From NCBI GenBank assembly GCA_965226555.1, contig CBDDDG010000005.1, forward strand, positions 1 through 45,057: 45,057 nt of DNA, in the 5' to 3' direction. Shown piece by piece: positions 1 through 8,630 of this stretch (positions are counted from its first letter, which is position 1; each line of letters opens with the position of its first letter). This DNA is from Salinispira sp. (GTDB lineage Bacteria > Spirochaetota > Spirochaetia > DSM-27196 > Salinispiraceae). Both the position numbers and the translations under genes were made by a program. The notes under the pieces were generated by a model. It ran no database searches. It was not told the DNA's origin and saw only the letters and a program-made list of their open reading frames with translations.

Positions 1-21
1 TCCTTTTGGTTCAGTGGTCAT
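1..21 (-). CDS. 5' end of a gene running off the window (MTTEPKG...)
   Basis: ATG at 21-19 preceded by AGGAGGG on the minus strand; only 7 codons visible. Confidence 0.5.
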
Positions 22-32
22 AAATTTCCCTC

Positions 33-971
33 CTACAAGATGGTAACACCCACATTATCACATCCCCAGCATAAGCCCAACATTGCGTATGGCTGTTCCT
101 GCGGCTCCATGCCGAGATTATCGAGTCTGCTTATGAGCAGGGCATGGTTTTCTCTGCCATATACATATATTTCCATATTATCGGTGTTATTCAGCGCTTC
201 AGGTTCCAGTTCGCTTTCAGGGGCATTGTCAATGAACGCTATCCGTTCACAGTGTTGGTAGCGTTCCCGGTATATTGACCGTATGTTGTCGGCTGAAGGA
301 TGCCCGGGCAATGTGTCAAGGTGAAGGGGAATGGAAACAATCATGCCTTGGCGGTATCTGGAAACGGAAGGGATCATAATGAGTTTTCGCTGCAGGCCGG
401 AGTAGAGCTGTATTTCAGGTAAATGCTTATGTTGAAAATTGAGTCCGTACAATTTGAAGGATGGGGCTTTTCCCTCTTCCATGAGTGATATCAAATTCTT
501 CCCCCCGCCTGAATATCCGCTGACAGCCTGTATTGAAATCGGATAGTCAGGCGGAACAATGCGCTCATCAACCAAGGGCCGCAGGAGAGCTATTGCGCCT
601 GTGGGATAGCAGCCCGGGTTTGCCACACGCCGACCCGTCCGTATGCGGGCAGTTTGTTCCGCTGACATTTCAGGAAAGCCGTAAACCCACTCGGGCGATG
701 TCCGGTGGGCGCTGGAAGTATCGAGAACCAGCGGCGCCTCATTGCCAAGGCTCTCAATAAGGGCTGCGGATTCAGCAGCGCCGTCATCCGGCAGGCAGAG
801 TACGGAAAGATCTGCCTGCCGGAACTTCCGCAGTTTTTCCCGGCTGTCCTTGCGCAGTGTGTTATTAATGTCAATGAGCTCAATGTTCGCGTTAGTGCCG
901 AGGCGTTCGCGAATTGAAAGGCCTACCGTGCCGGACTGCCCATCAATAAAAATCCTCTGCCTGTTCTTCAC
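33..971 (-). CDS. argC: N-acetyl-gamma-glutamyl-phosphate reductase (short ArgC form), apparent 1-bp frameshift near 109-110
   Basis: IFIDGQSGTVG nucleotide-binding start, ANPGCYPTG catalytic motif, SGYSGGG, HKHLPEI, RLDNLG; expected GAAGTAIRNVGLMLG tail lies in another frame ending at TGA 58-60. Confidence 0.9.
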   Translation of the reverse strand: MKNRQRIFIDGQSGTVGLSIRERLGTNANIELIDINNTLRKDSREKLRKFRQADLSVLCLPDDGAAESAALIESLGNEAPLVLDTSSAHRTSPEWVYGFPEMSAEQTARIRTGRRVANPGCYPTGAIALLRPLVDERIVPPDYPISIQAVSGYSGGGKNLISLMEEGKAPSFKLYGLNFQHKHLPEIQLYSGLQRKLIMIPSVSRYRQGMIVSIPLHLDTLPGHPSADNIRSIYRERYQHCERIAFIDNAPESELEPEALNNTDNMEIYVYGRENHALLISRLDNLGMEPQEQPYAMLGLCWGCDNVGVTIL

Positions 972-979
972 TACTATGC

Positions 980-1873
980 CTACAGATATCCAAGCGTGGT
1001 CATAACCGCCCGCAGAGCTGCTGTTTCCCCGGAGCTGAGATCCATGGCGCTCATCCGCATGACTGCGCTGCCCCTGCCGCGCAGCGCAACGGCCGTTTTA
1101 ATGGCCTGAATGCTCTTTCCCCTGCCGGCAGCGACAATCTCCGCCATGGCGTTTATACTTCGCTGGCATTCACGAACCAGTTCAACATCGCCGGCCTTCA
1201 CGGCATCATACATCTTTATGTATGGACGAATATCCACATTTCCAAGCCCGGTAACAATTCCCGGAGCGCCGAGGAGCAGAGAAGGCGCATCAAGCCGATC
1301 CTCACCCTGAATCCAAGCAAAATGATCAGAAACACTGAGCATTCCATGGACAAAGGACATGAAATTGCCCGAACTATCCTTAATTCCCACAACATTCGGA
1401 TGTCCGGCAAGCCGTATGACTGTTTCAATGGGTATGGGGTTATGGGTGTTCTGCGGAATGTTGTACAGCATGAGGGGCAGGGGGCTGGCATCTGCTATTT
1501 CCCGGTAATGGCGCTCAATTTCTTCTCCATCGACTCGCAGATACAAGGGAGATACCGCCGCAATGCCGTCCAGCAAAGACGGATCCAGAGTCCGCAGATC
1601 GGCAATAACCTCGGGGGTGGATGCGCGGAGCAGAACCGTGAACAGCATAATTTCAGCGCCGCAGAGTTTCCGCGCCGTTTCAATAATGCGTAAACGCTCA
1701 TCGGCGCTCAGGTAGAGACCCTCAGCCGTTGTTCCGGTAAGAAAAAGGCCCTGGACACCCTCTTCAAGCAGATACTCAAAATGCCGGGCGGCGCTCTCGT
1801 AATCGAACGCGCGCTCCCCATTAAACACACTTACCGGCGCGGGCAGAACGCCCTTCGGATACACTTTATTCAT
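980..1873 (-). CDS. DapA/NanA-family class I aldolase
   Basis: GTTAE, LYNIP and GIKDSSG (Schiff-base Lys) motifs; ATG 1873 preceded by AAGGAGG. Confidence 0.85.
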   Translation of the reverse strand: MNKVYPKGVLPAPVSVFNGERAFDYESAARHFEYLLEEGVQGLFLTGTTAEGLYLSADERLRIIETARKLCGAEIMLFTVLLRASTPEVIADLRTLDPSLLDGIAAVSPLYLRVDGEEIERHYREIADASPLPLMLYNIPQNTHNPIPIETVIRLAGHPNVVGIKDSSGNFMSFVHGMLSVSDHFAWIQGEDRLDAPSLLLGAPGIVTGLGNVDIRPYIKMYDAVKAGDVELVRECQRSINAMAEIVAAGRGKSIQAIKTAVALRGRGSAVMRMSAMDLSSGETAALRAVMTTLGYL

Positions 1874-1942
1874 TATAATGCTCCTCCTTATTTTGTCTTT
1901 TTTCTGTAGAAATTTTTGCATACATAAACATTCTTTCTGTTA

Positions 1943-3229
1943 TCAGCTTCGGAGGAGGTTCGGTAAAAATAAGACAATTTCAGGGACATATGTCAGGAGC
2001 AGCAGTACGGCAATCATAACGAGTACCATGGGCAAAACCTCCCGAATAACCGACTTCAGGGGGGTATCTGAAATTCCCGACACAATAAACAACAGCACCC
2101 CAAAGGGCGGGGTGGAAAGGCCGATCATCATATTCAGAACTATCACAACGCCGAAGTGCACAAGATCAATGCCGAGCGATTTCACAAGAGGAAGAACCAT
2201 GGGAATGAAGACCACGGTTATTGTTGAAGTGTCAATGAACATGCCGAGAAACAGAAAGAGAACGTTAATAACAAGCAGAATAATATATTTGTCGGCGCTA
2301 ATGCTCAGCAAAACGGTTGCGAATATCTCAGGGACATTCTCAATGGCAACAATGTATGCCGTTGTGAAGGCGCTCCCGACAATAATTGATATGGCCCCCG
2401 TCCGCCGAACTGTCTGCAGGAGAATCTCCCACAGATCCTTAATACCGATCGCGCGATATACAAGCAGGGCAACAATAAGGGCATATACCCCGGCTAACGC
2501 GCCGGCCTCTGTGGGAGTAACAACACCTGTGTAAATGCCAAGCAACAATATAACAGGGGTTAGCAAGGCAGGGAAGGAATGCAGGGTTATGGCTGCAATA
2601 CGTTTGAAATTGAAAACCTCACCGCGCGGGTAATTTCTGCGCCGGGCAATGAAAGCCACATAGGCCATGAGAGCCAGCCCGAGAAGAATGCCCGGAATCA
2701 TACCGCCAAGAAAGAGCCCCCCCACCGAGGTCCCCGTGAGCAGGGCATAGAACACCATGGGAATGCTCGGGGGAAAAATGGGGCCTATGGTAGCCGAAGC
2801 CGCAGTAACGGCGCAGCTGAACCCGTCATCGTAGCCGTTTTTACGCATTGTCTCAATCTCCATAAGACCAAGACCGGAGGCATCGGCAACTGCTGAGCCG
2901 GTCATCCCTGAAAAAATAAAGGAAGCAAGAATGTTTACATGACCCAGACCGCCCCGCATCCGTCCGACAAGCCCATTGGCAAATTGAAACAAAATATCGG
3001 TTATTTTTCCCGAATTCATGACAGTGGCAGTAAAAATGAACAGGGGAACGGCAATGATAATGAACTGCGCATATAAATTTGCCATTATGGATTGCGCCAT
3101 GACTTCGATATCGCTTCCTGTTATGAGCAGGTAGATAATGGAATTCATAATAAGACCGAGGGCAATGGGAATTCTGAACACGAAGATCAGCACAAAAATG
3201 ATGCCAAAGAGAATGAGAGGAAAATTCAC
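1943..3229 (-). CDS. dctM: TRAP transporter large permease (DctM family)
   Basis: Highly hydrophobic; SGMTGSAVAD, IFPPSIPM, TPTEAG, TPPFG motifs. Confidence 0.92.
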   Translation of the reverse strand: MNFPLILFGIIFVLIFVFRIPIALGLIMNSIIYLLITGSDIEVMAQSIMANLYAQFIIIAVPLFIFTATVMNSGKITDILFQFANGLVGRMRGGLGHVNILASFIFSGMTGSAVADASGLGLMEIETMRKNGYDDGFSCAVTAASATIGPIFPPSIPMVFYALLTGTSVGGLFLGGMIPGILLGLALMAYVAFIARRRNYPRGEVFNFKRIAAITLHSFPALLTPVILLLGIYTGVVTPTEAGALAGVYALIVALLVYRAIGIKDLWEILLQTVRRTGAISIIVGSAFTTAYIVAIENVPEIFATVLLSISADKYIILLVINVLFLFLGMFIDTSTITVVFIPMVLPLVKSLGIDLVHFGVVIVLNMMIGLSTPPFGVLLFIVSGISDTPLKSVIREVLPMVLVMIAVLLLLTYVPEIVLFLPNLLRS

Positions 3230-3777
3230 GGTTTTTCTCCCTCGGATTGAGCGCCTGCGGATTGGGCGCCTGCCGAGCCGAATTTTCCGGAAATGAGTTT
3301 TCTGACATCAATGTATGTGTCATAGATGGAATGACCGGCTATCAGAATGAGAAAGGGGATAATGGGAAAGTAGACAATGCTGAAGGAAATTCCCAGAATG
3401 GGGGTGCCCTTGAAATTCATAAAACTCACCCAGTCGATGGTGGCGGGAATGGCTATTACAAAAGCTGCGGCAATGAGAACATTGGAAAAAATGCGCGCAT
3501 AGCATTGTCTGCGTTCAGTAAGCGATTCATAGACAAGAGTAAAACTGACATGCCCTCCTACCCGCCTGACAAAGGTTGCCGACATAATGGCAGTCCACAG
3601 GAAACTCAGGCTAATTAACTCATGTGGCCAGGTCAAAGGGCTGTTGATAACATAGCGGAAAAAGACATTCACAACAAACAGAACAAAAAGCAGAATAAAT
3701 GACCACATGGGCACATACAATTCTGCAAGATCAAGAAGGAAGGTCAAAATTCGTGAGACATTTCTCTGTATCTTCAT
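3226..3777 (-). CDS. dctQ: TRAP transporter small permease (DctQ family)
   Basis: Four TM segments, VFFRY...WPHE and HVSF motifs, lies between dctP and dctM; start chosen at MKIQRN. Confidence 0.85.
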   Translation of the reverse strand: MKIQRNVSRILTFLLDLAELYVPMWSFILLFVLFVVNVFFRYVINSPLTWPHELISLSFLWTAIMSATFVRRVGGHVSFTLVYESLTERRQCYARIFSNVLIAAAFVIAIPATIDWVSFMNFKGTPILGISFSIVYFPIIPFLILIAGHSIYDTYIDVRKLISGKFGSAGAQSAGAQSEGEKP

Positions 3778-3919
3778 AACCTTCCGTATAGAACTTTCTT
3801 TTAAACCAAACTTTCTAAACGATGTCCGGCGATGCACGCCATAAGCTGCGCGCTCATAACATGGGCATTCACCGGACATCGAGATAAACACATGGGCATC
3901 GGCCGCCCGCCGGCAGAAA

Positions 3920-4939
3920 CTACTGCAGGGAACTACCGATTTCCTGCACCTTATCGAAGAGATCCATCTTCCAGCTTGAAGTCATTTCTTCATTTGACAT
4001 AACGGTGTTGAGAGCGAAGGTTTTGAAAGCTTCCTTATCGGGAACAATAACCTCCATTCCCTCATTCCTGAAAAAGTCTACCAAAGAGGCTTCATTCTCA
4101 AGATTAAGCTCATCGCAAAGTTCTCTGGCGTGCGCCATACCTTCCATTACCCAACCCTGCTGCTCTGCGCTGAGAGACTGCCATGTATCTTCATTTATTA
4201 CCGGCATGACAGGATTGATAAAATGATCGGTGAGAATGATGTATTTTGTTACTTCATAGAACTTCGCATTAAAATCGGTGGGGAGAGGATTATCCTGCCC
4301 GTCAATGGTACCTGTCTGCAGGGCTAAATAGACCTCAGAAAAGGCAAGGGGAGTCGGATTTGCTCCCAGCGCCCGTCCCATAAACTGCCACGATTTCGTT
4401 CCGGGCATTCGGAGTTTGACGCCCTGCATATCTGCGGGAGTTGTTACAACTCGTCCGATATCACGAAGATTCAACTGACGTGTGCCGAGGTAGAAGGCTC
4501 CGAGTAAACGCACTCCCAATTCAAGGATAACGTCCTCGTTCATTATGTCTCCTATTTCACCGTTAAGCGCTGTCGACATGTGCTCATAGCTGTCGAATAT
4601 GTAGGGCGCAGCGAGCATGGACATATAGGGAATGAACTGGGCAAGCCAGTTGGGACCTCCATAAGCAATGTCGATGTTGCCCCGTCTGACAGCGGGCAAG
4701 AGCTGATCCTGTACAATCAATTCACCGGCGGGAAATATCTCTACCTGAATTTCACCTCCGGAAATATCCTCAACCACCCGCTCAAACTCGTACATGGCTT
4801 TGGTGTGCGCATCGTCGGGCACGCTCACTGATGCCCATGTAAGAGTGACCGGACCTCCCATATCCATTTCTGCTTCTCCGCCGGCAAAGGCTGAAAACAG
4901 AATTGTAAAAACAATTACTACCATAGCGCATTGTTTCAT
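3920..4939 (-). CDS. dctP: TRAP transporter substrate-binding protein (DctP/SiaP-like)
   Basis: Signal peptide, KLRMP (carboxylate-binding Arg), LQTGTIDGQDNP; AAGGAGG before ATG 4939. Confidence 0.9.
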   Translation of the reverse strand: MKQCAMVVIVFTILFSAFAGGEAEMDMGGPVTLTWASVSVPDDAHTKAMYEFERVVEDISGGEIQVEIFPAGELIVQDQLLPAVRRGNIDIAYGGPNWLAQFIPYMSMLAAPYIFDSYEHMSTALNGEIGDIMNEDVILELGVRLLGAFYLGTRQLNLRDIGRVVTTPADMQGVKLRMPGTKSWQFMGRALGANPTPLAFSEVYLALQTGTIDGQDNPLPTDFNAKFYEVTKYIILTDHFINPVMPVINEDTWQSLSAEQQGWVMEGMAHARELCDELNLENEASLVDFFRNEGMEVIVPDKEAFKTFALNTVMSNEEMTSSWKMDLFDKVQEIGSSLQ

Positions 4940-4954
4940 AATTATACCTCCTTG

Positions 4955-5008
4955 GAAACTTTTGCTACTGGAAATTGTGCAAGGACAATTTTCCAATGCA
5001 AAACCTTC
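4955..5008. repeat. 54-bp palindromic mini-element (long form)
   Basis: GAAACTTTTGCTACTGGAAATTGTGCAAGGACAATTTTCCAATGCAAAACCTTC; 4 mismatches to the reverse complement of 37815-37868, near identical to 25781-25835. Confidence 0.9.
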
Positions 5009-5118
5009 TCATGGAAATTTCTCAAAACTGAGTAATTCCCCTTTGGGTTAAAACCCATAATAATTGTTTACAGTATAAACCTTCTTTGCAGTTTTGCAAG
5101 ACTTTTCTGAAAAAATGT

Positions 5119-5435
5119 TGGGATATAAACCTTTGAACTGTTCCATGTGCACTGCCCGGGCGGAATACGCCGATACTCGACACCCGCCTGTATGAGCGCC
5201 TGCTCAAACCCCGAGCAGCCTCCTTGATCGAATGCTCCTGGGCATACCGAACCATCCGCAATCGCCAATCATACATCGCAGCCTGATACTTCCGAGACTT
5301 GCGATGATACTGAGAATATGTGATACTGCTGTTCACTGTTTCCCTCCTTTTATGGTTTTCATTAACCCCCAGTGTATACGAATAACCTTCGTTTTACACT
5401 GGGGAGGAGGGGTCTGTCCAAAGGTTTATATCCCA
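5119..5435 (-). mobile_element. Internally deleted IS remnant (IS481/IS3-like), MITE-sized
   Basis: Perfect 17-bp terminal inverted repeats TGGGATATAAACCTTTG (5119-5135 and 5419-5435), TGT on both flanks; HTH-like start (RLRMVRYAQEHSIKEAAR) joined out of frame to an integrase-core-like piece (FEQALIQAGVEYRRIPPGQCTWN). Confidence 0.75.
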
Positions 5436-5456
5436 TGTATACATGGAGGAATTACG

Positions 5457-7841
5457 ATGAAGAAGCCCATGAAGGGGCGCAGGGATGATGGAAGGGTCTC
5501 CTCGAATAGCGTGTCTGAGCTTGTTTCAATTCTTGAGAAAAAAGGAACTATTCAGGAATTTTTCTTTGATCTTGTCGCCATGGTTTCCCGGAAAATGAAC
5601 AGCCCCCTGTGCGCTGTGTATCTTCACGACAGTAAGAGAAATATGCTTGTTCTCAGAGCGGGAACCGATCGTGAGTATGTGGATCAAATTGAAATAAAAC
5701 CAGGGGAAGGAATTGTTGGAAAATCCTTCGAGTCGGCGCATCCCATTAATGAGGGAGACCTTACAAGCAGCCCCTTTTCATCTTCCATTCCGGGTATGCT
5801 GGATAAACCATGCAATTCTCTTCTCTCCATGCCCATCCGCCGGGGAACCCAGCTTGTCGGGGTTATTATTATAGGGCATGAAGAAAAAAACTACTTCACC
5901 CCCCGCGATATACAAATTCTTCGTACCATAGTTTCACAGCTTTCGGGTATTCTCGGAGATGCCGAATTTTTTATGGAAGCTTCATTACGGCAGGATTCCG
6001 AAGCGCAGTTACTTCCCTCCGTCATTAATGGTACGGGCATTGGTCAGGGAATATGTATTGGCACGGGAATTGTCTTTCGCCCCCATGCGCGGGGGGTTCA
6101 TAAAATGGGCAGCAGTATTACTGCTCCAACCATTCCGAATACGAAAACAGGCCGCGGAACGAAACATGATAGTGCGCATGAACGCGCGCATGATCTCACC
6201 GGCGAACTCACCCGCTTTGCCATAAGCCTGAAGGCCACCAAAGAACAGTTGGAAGATATCCAGCAAAGCCTTTCGCATACCATTGCGGAAGTAGCCGAAA
6301 TTATTTTTTCCGCGCATATGCTCATGCTCAGGGACGTGAGCTTTTCCGATGCCATGCAGGCTGAAATTGAGAGCGGTAAAACTGCGGAGGGAGCAATAGT
6401 AACCATAGTTAATCGCTATGTTGAGTTGTTTTCGAATCAGTCGAATCCGCGGGTTCAGGAGAAGGTTCAGGATGTTCTGGATCTTGGGCACCGGCTCATA
6501 AAAAACCTGAGCAGTAATTATTCTCACATCCATATTGATCTCTCAGGACAAATAATTGTTCTTGCCGATACATTTCCTTCCGAAATGGTTACCTTCGCAG
6601 CTGAAAAAGCCGAGGGGCTGGTACTTCTCGGCGGAGGTGAAACGGCTCACATTGCACTTCTTGCAAAGAGCTTGAATTTACCTGTTATTTTCGTTAAGGA
6701 TACCGGTATACTCGATCTGAAAGATGATTCTCAGCTTATTATTGATGTTGATGCGGGACAGCTCCTTGTGAATCCGTCTGCAGAAATTGTTGCAGAATAC
6801 GAAAAAAAGAAACAAAATCAAAAAACGGTCATCCGCATACACATTCCCGAACGCTGCCGAACCGAAGACGGCAAGTCCGTGAAGATCCTTGCAAACATAA
6901 ATCTTATTCAGGATGTCGAATATTCACTTGAGCAGAAAGCGGAGGGAATAGGATTATACCGAAGTGAATTTCCCTTTCTTGTGCGCAACGGTTTTCCTTC
7001 TGAGGAAGAACAGGTATCAATTTATGAACGGATTATTGAACCAATGGGAGATCGGGAAGTTGTTCTCCGCACTCTTGACGCCGGGGGGGATAAGCTCATC
7101 GGCTATCATCCCGATCATCAGGAGGCGAATCCTTTCCTTGGGTATCGGGGCATACGTTTTTCGCTGGATAATAAGGATATTTTTGCCGAACAGCTCAGAG
7201 CCATTCTCCGGGGAGGGGCAGGGAGTCGGAAAAACATTGGAATTCTCTTCCCCATGATCGGGAGCTTAGAAGAGTGTATTGATGCCCGTACTATGGTATA
7301 TGCCTGCATTGAGGAATTGCAGAAAGACAACATTCCCTGCTGTGAAAACCCAAAAATTGGAGCCATGATTGAATTGCCTTCCGCAGCGGAAATTGTCGGC
7401 GAGTTGGCGGAAGAATGCGATTTTCTCTCCATTGGCAGCAACGATCTTATTATGTATCTTCTGGCAGTTGACCGCACAAACGAAAAGGTTGAGGGGCTCT
7501 ACAAGCCATGGCATCCTTCTGTTCTTCGGGTATTTAACCGGATATGTGAGGATGTTGGCGATAAAATTACTGAACTGTCTGTCTGCGGTGAAGCGGGCGC
7601 CGATCCGGCGCTCATTCCCTTCTTCATCGGCCGCGGCATTCATAAGCTCAGTGTCGATCCAAAGAAAATATCTACCATAAAGAATTATATAAGTTCACTA
7701 CAGAATAAAAAAGCAGAAAAAATTGCCGACGATATGCTTGCTTTGAAAAGGATCAGCGATGTTGAAATGTATCTGCGTGAGGAAGTACTCGGAAATGTTT
7801 CAGAAGATGTTTCAGAAGATGCGCCGAAAACCGCCGGATGA
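5457..7841 (+). CDS. ptsP: GAF-domain PEP-protein phosphotransferase (Enzyme I-Ntr-like)
   Basis: N-terminal GAF, GGETAHIALLA phospho-His motif, GIGLYRSEF, EANPFLGYRG, SIGSNDL, SVCGE; GGAGG before ATG 5457. Confidence 0.92.
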   Translation: MKKPMKGRRDDGRVSSNSVSELVSILEKKGTIQEFFFDLVAMVSRKMNSPLCAVYLHDSKRNMLVLRAGTDREYVDQIEIKPGEGIVGKSFESAHPINEGDLTSSPFSSSIPGMLDKPCNSLLSMPIRRGTQLVGVIIIGHEEKNYFTPRDIQILRTIVSQLSGILGDAEFFMEASLRQDSEAQLLPSVINGTGIGQGICIGTGIVFRPHARGVHKMGSSITAPTIPNTKTGRGTKHDSAHERAHDLTGELTRFAISLKATKEQLEDIQQSLSHTIAEVAEIIFSAHMLMLRDVSFSDAMQAEIESGKTAEGAIVTIVNRYVELFSNQSNPRVQEKVQDVLDLGHRLIKNLSSNYSHIHIDLSGQIIVLADTFPSEMVTFAAEKAEGLVLLGGGETAHIALLAKSLNLPVIFVKDTGILDLKDDSQLIIDVDAGQLLVNPSAEIVAEYEKKKQNQKTVIRIHIPERCRTEDGKSVKILANINLIQDVEYSLEQKAEGIGLYRSEFPFLVRNGFPSEEEQVSIYERIIEPMGDREVVLRTLDAGGDKLIGYHPDHQEANPFLGYRGIRFSLDNKDIFAEQLRAILRGGAGSRKNIGILFPMIGSLEECIDARTMVYACIEELQKDNIPCCENPKIGAMIELPSAAEIVGELAEECDFLSIGSNDLIMYLLAVDRTNEKVEGLYKPWHPSVLRVFNRICEDVGDKITELSVCGEAGADPALIPFFIGRGIHKLSVDPKKISTIKNYISSLQNKKAEKIADDMLALKRISDVEMYLREEVLGNVSEDVSEDAPKTAG

Positions 7842-7868
7842 GCATGTTTCAGAAACCGCCGGCTGAGC

Positions 7869-8630
7869 ATGTTTCAGAAACCGCCGGCTGAGCGGCTGCC
7901 GCAGACTCCTGCCGGTCATATACGGTCATACGTACTCAGGCAGGGAAGAATGAGCGCCTGCAAGGTGGAAGATTATCGGCTGCTGTCCCCCCGTTATAGC
8001 ATTCCATTTTCATCTGCAGCTGGTGACCCTTCGCATTTTTTCCCCCGCACACAGCCTGTCATCCTTGAAATTGGCTTTGGCATGGGGCAGGCGACTGTTG
8101 CAATTGCCGAGCGTAACCCCGGAACAAATTACCTTGGCATTGAGGTGCATATGCCGGGAGTTGCGGCTGTACTCAGAAAAATTGATGAGCATGCCCTCGA
8201 TAATCTTCGGATTATTCAGCATGATGCTGCGCATGTGCTTCAGCATATGATCCCCCGGGAAGTTTTCCATGGTGTTCATATTTTTTTCCCTGATCCCTGG
8301 CCGAAAAAACGGCATTTCAAACGGCGTCTTATTCAGAATGATTTTCTTACAGTGCTTTCGGGCAGGTTAAAAGAAGGAGCCTATGTTTACACGGTAACCG
8401 ACTGGAAAGATTACGCCGCCCAGATAGTCGATTGCTTTGAAGCATCCCCCTGCTTTGTACGGAAAGAAGAAGAAAAACCATGGCGCCCGGAAACCTCATT
8501 CGAACGGAAGGGCATTGAACGCGGACATAGTATTTTCGAAATGTATTATATCAAACAGAGTCCCTCCGAAAATCTGCCCGCGCATCAATCTGTCAATGTG
8601 CCCGAGAGTGTGCCCGAGCATCGGCGATAA
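7869..8630 (+). CDS. trmB: tRNA (guanine-N7)-methyltransferase
   Basis: IRSYVLRQGRM, LEIGFGMG, GIEVH, FFPDPWPKKRH, TDW, TSFE motifs. Confidence 0.95.
   Translation: MFQKPPAERLPQTPAGHIRSYVLRQGRMSACKVEDYRLLSPRYSIPFSSAAGDPSHFFPRTQPVILEIGFGMGQATVAIAERNPGTNYLGIEVHMPGVAAVLRKIDEHALDNLRIIQHDAAHVLQHMIPREVFHGVHIFFPDPWPKKRHFKRRLIQNDFLTVLSGRLKEGAYVYTVTDWKDYAAQIVDCFEASPCFVRKEEEKPWRPETSFERKGIERGHSIFEMYYIKQSPSENLPAHQSVNVPESVPEHRR

Noticed and set aside
1874..1921. MQKF/MQNF/MENC-type N-terminal extensions (also on dctP, phosphohexomutase, lipoprotein A, prs)
   Set aside because: These come from ATG/TTG codons in or next to palindromic elements; most genes have better downstream starts with SD
5232..5456. 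N-terminal extension of PtsP
   Set aside because: Runs through the IS remnant; ATG 5457 has a good SD
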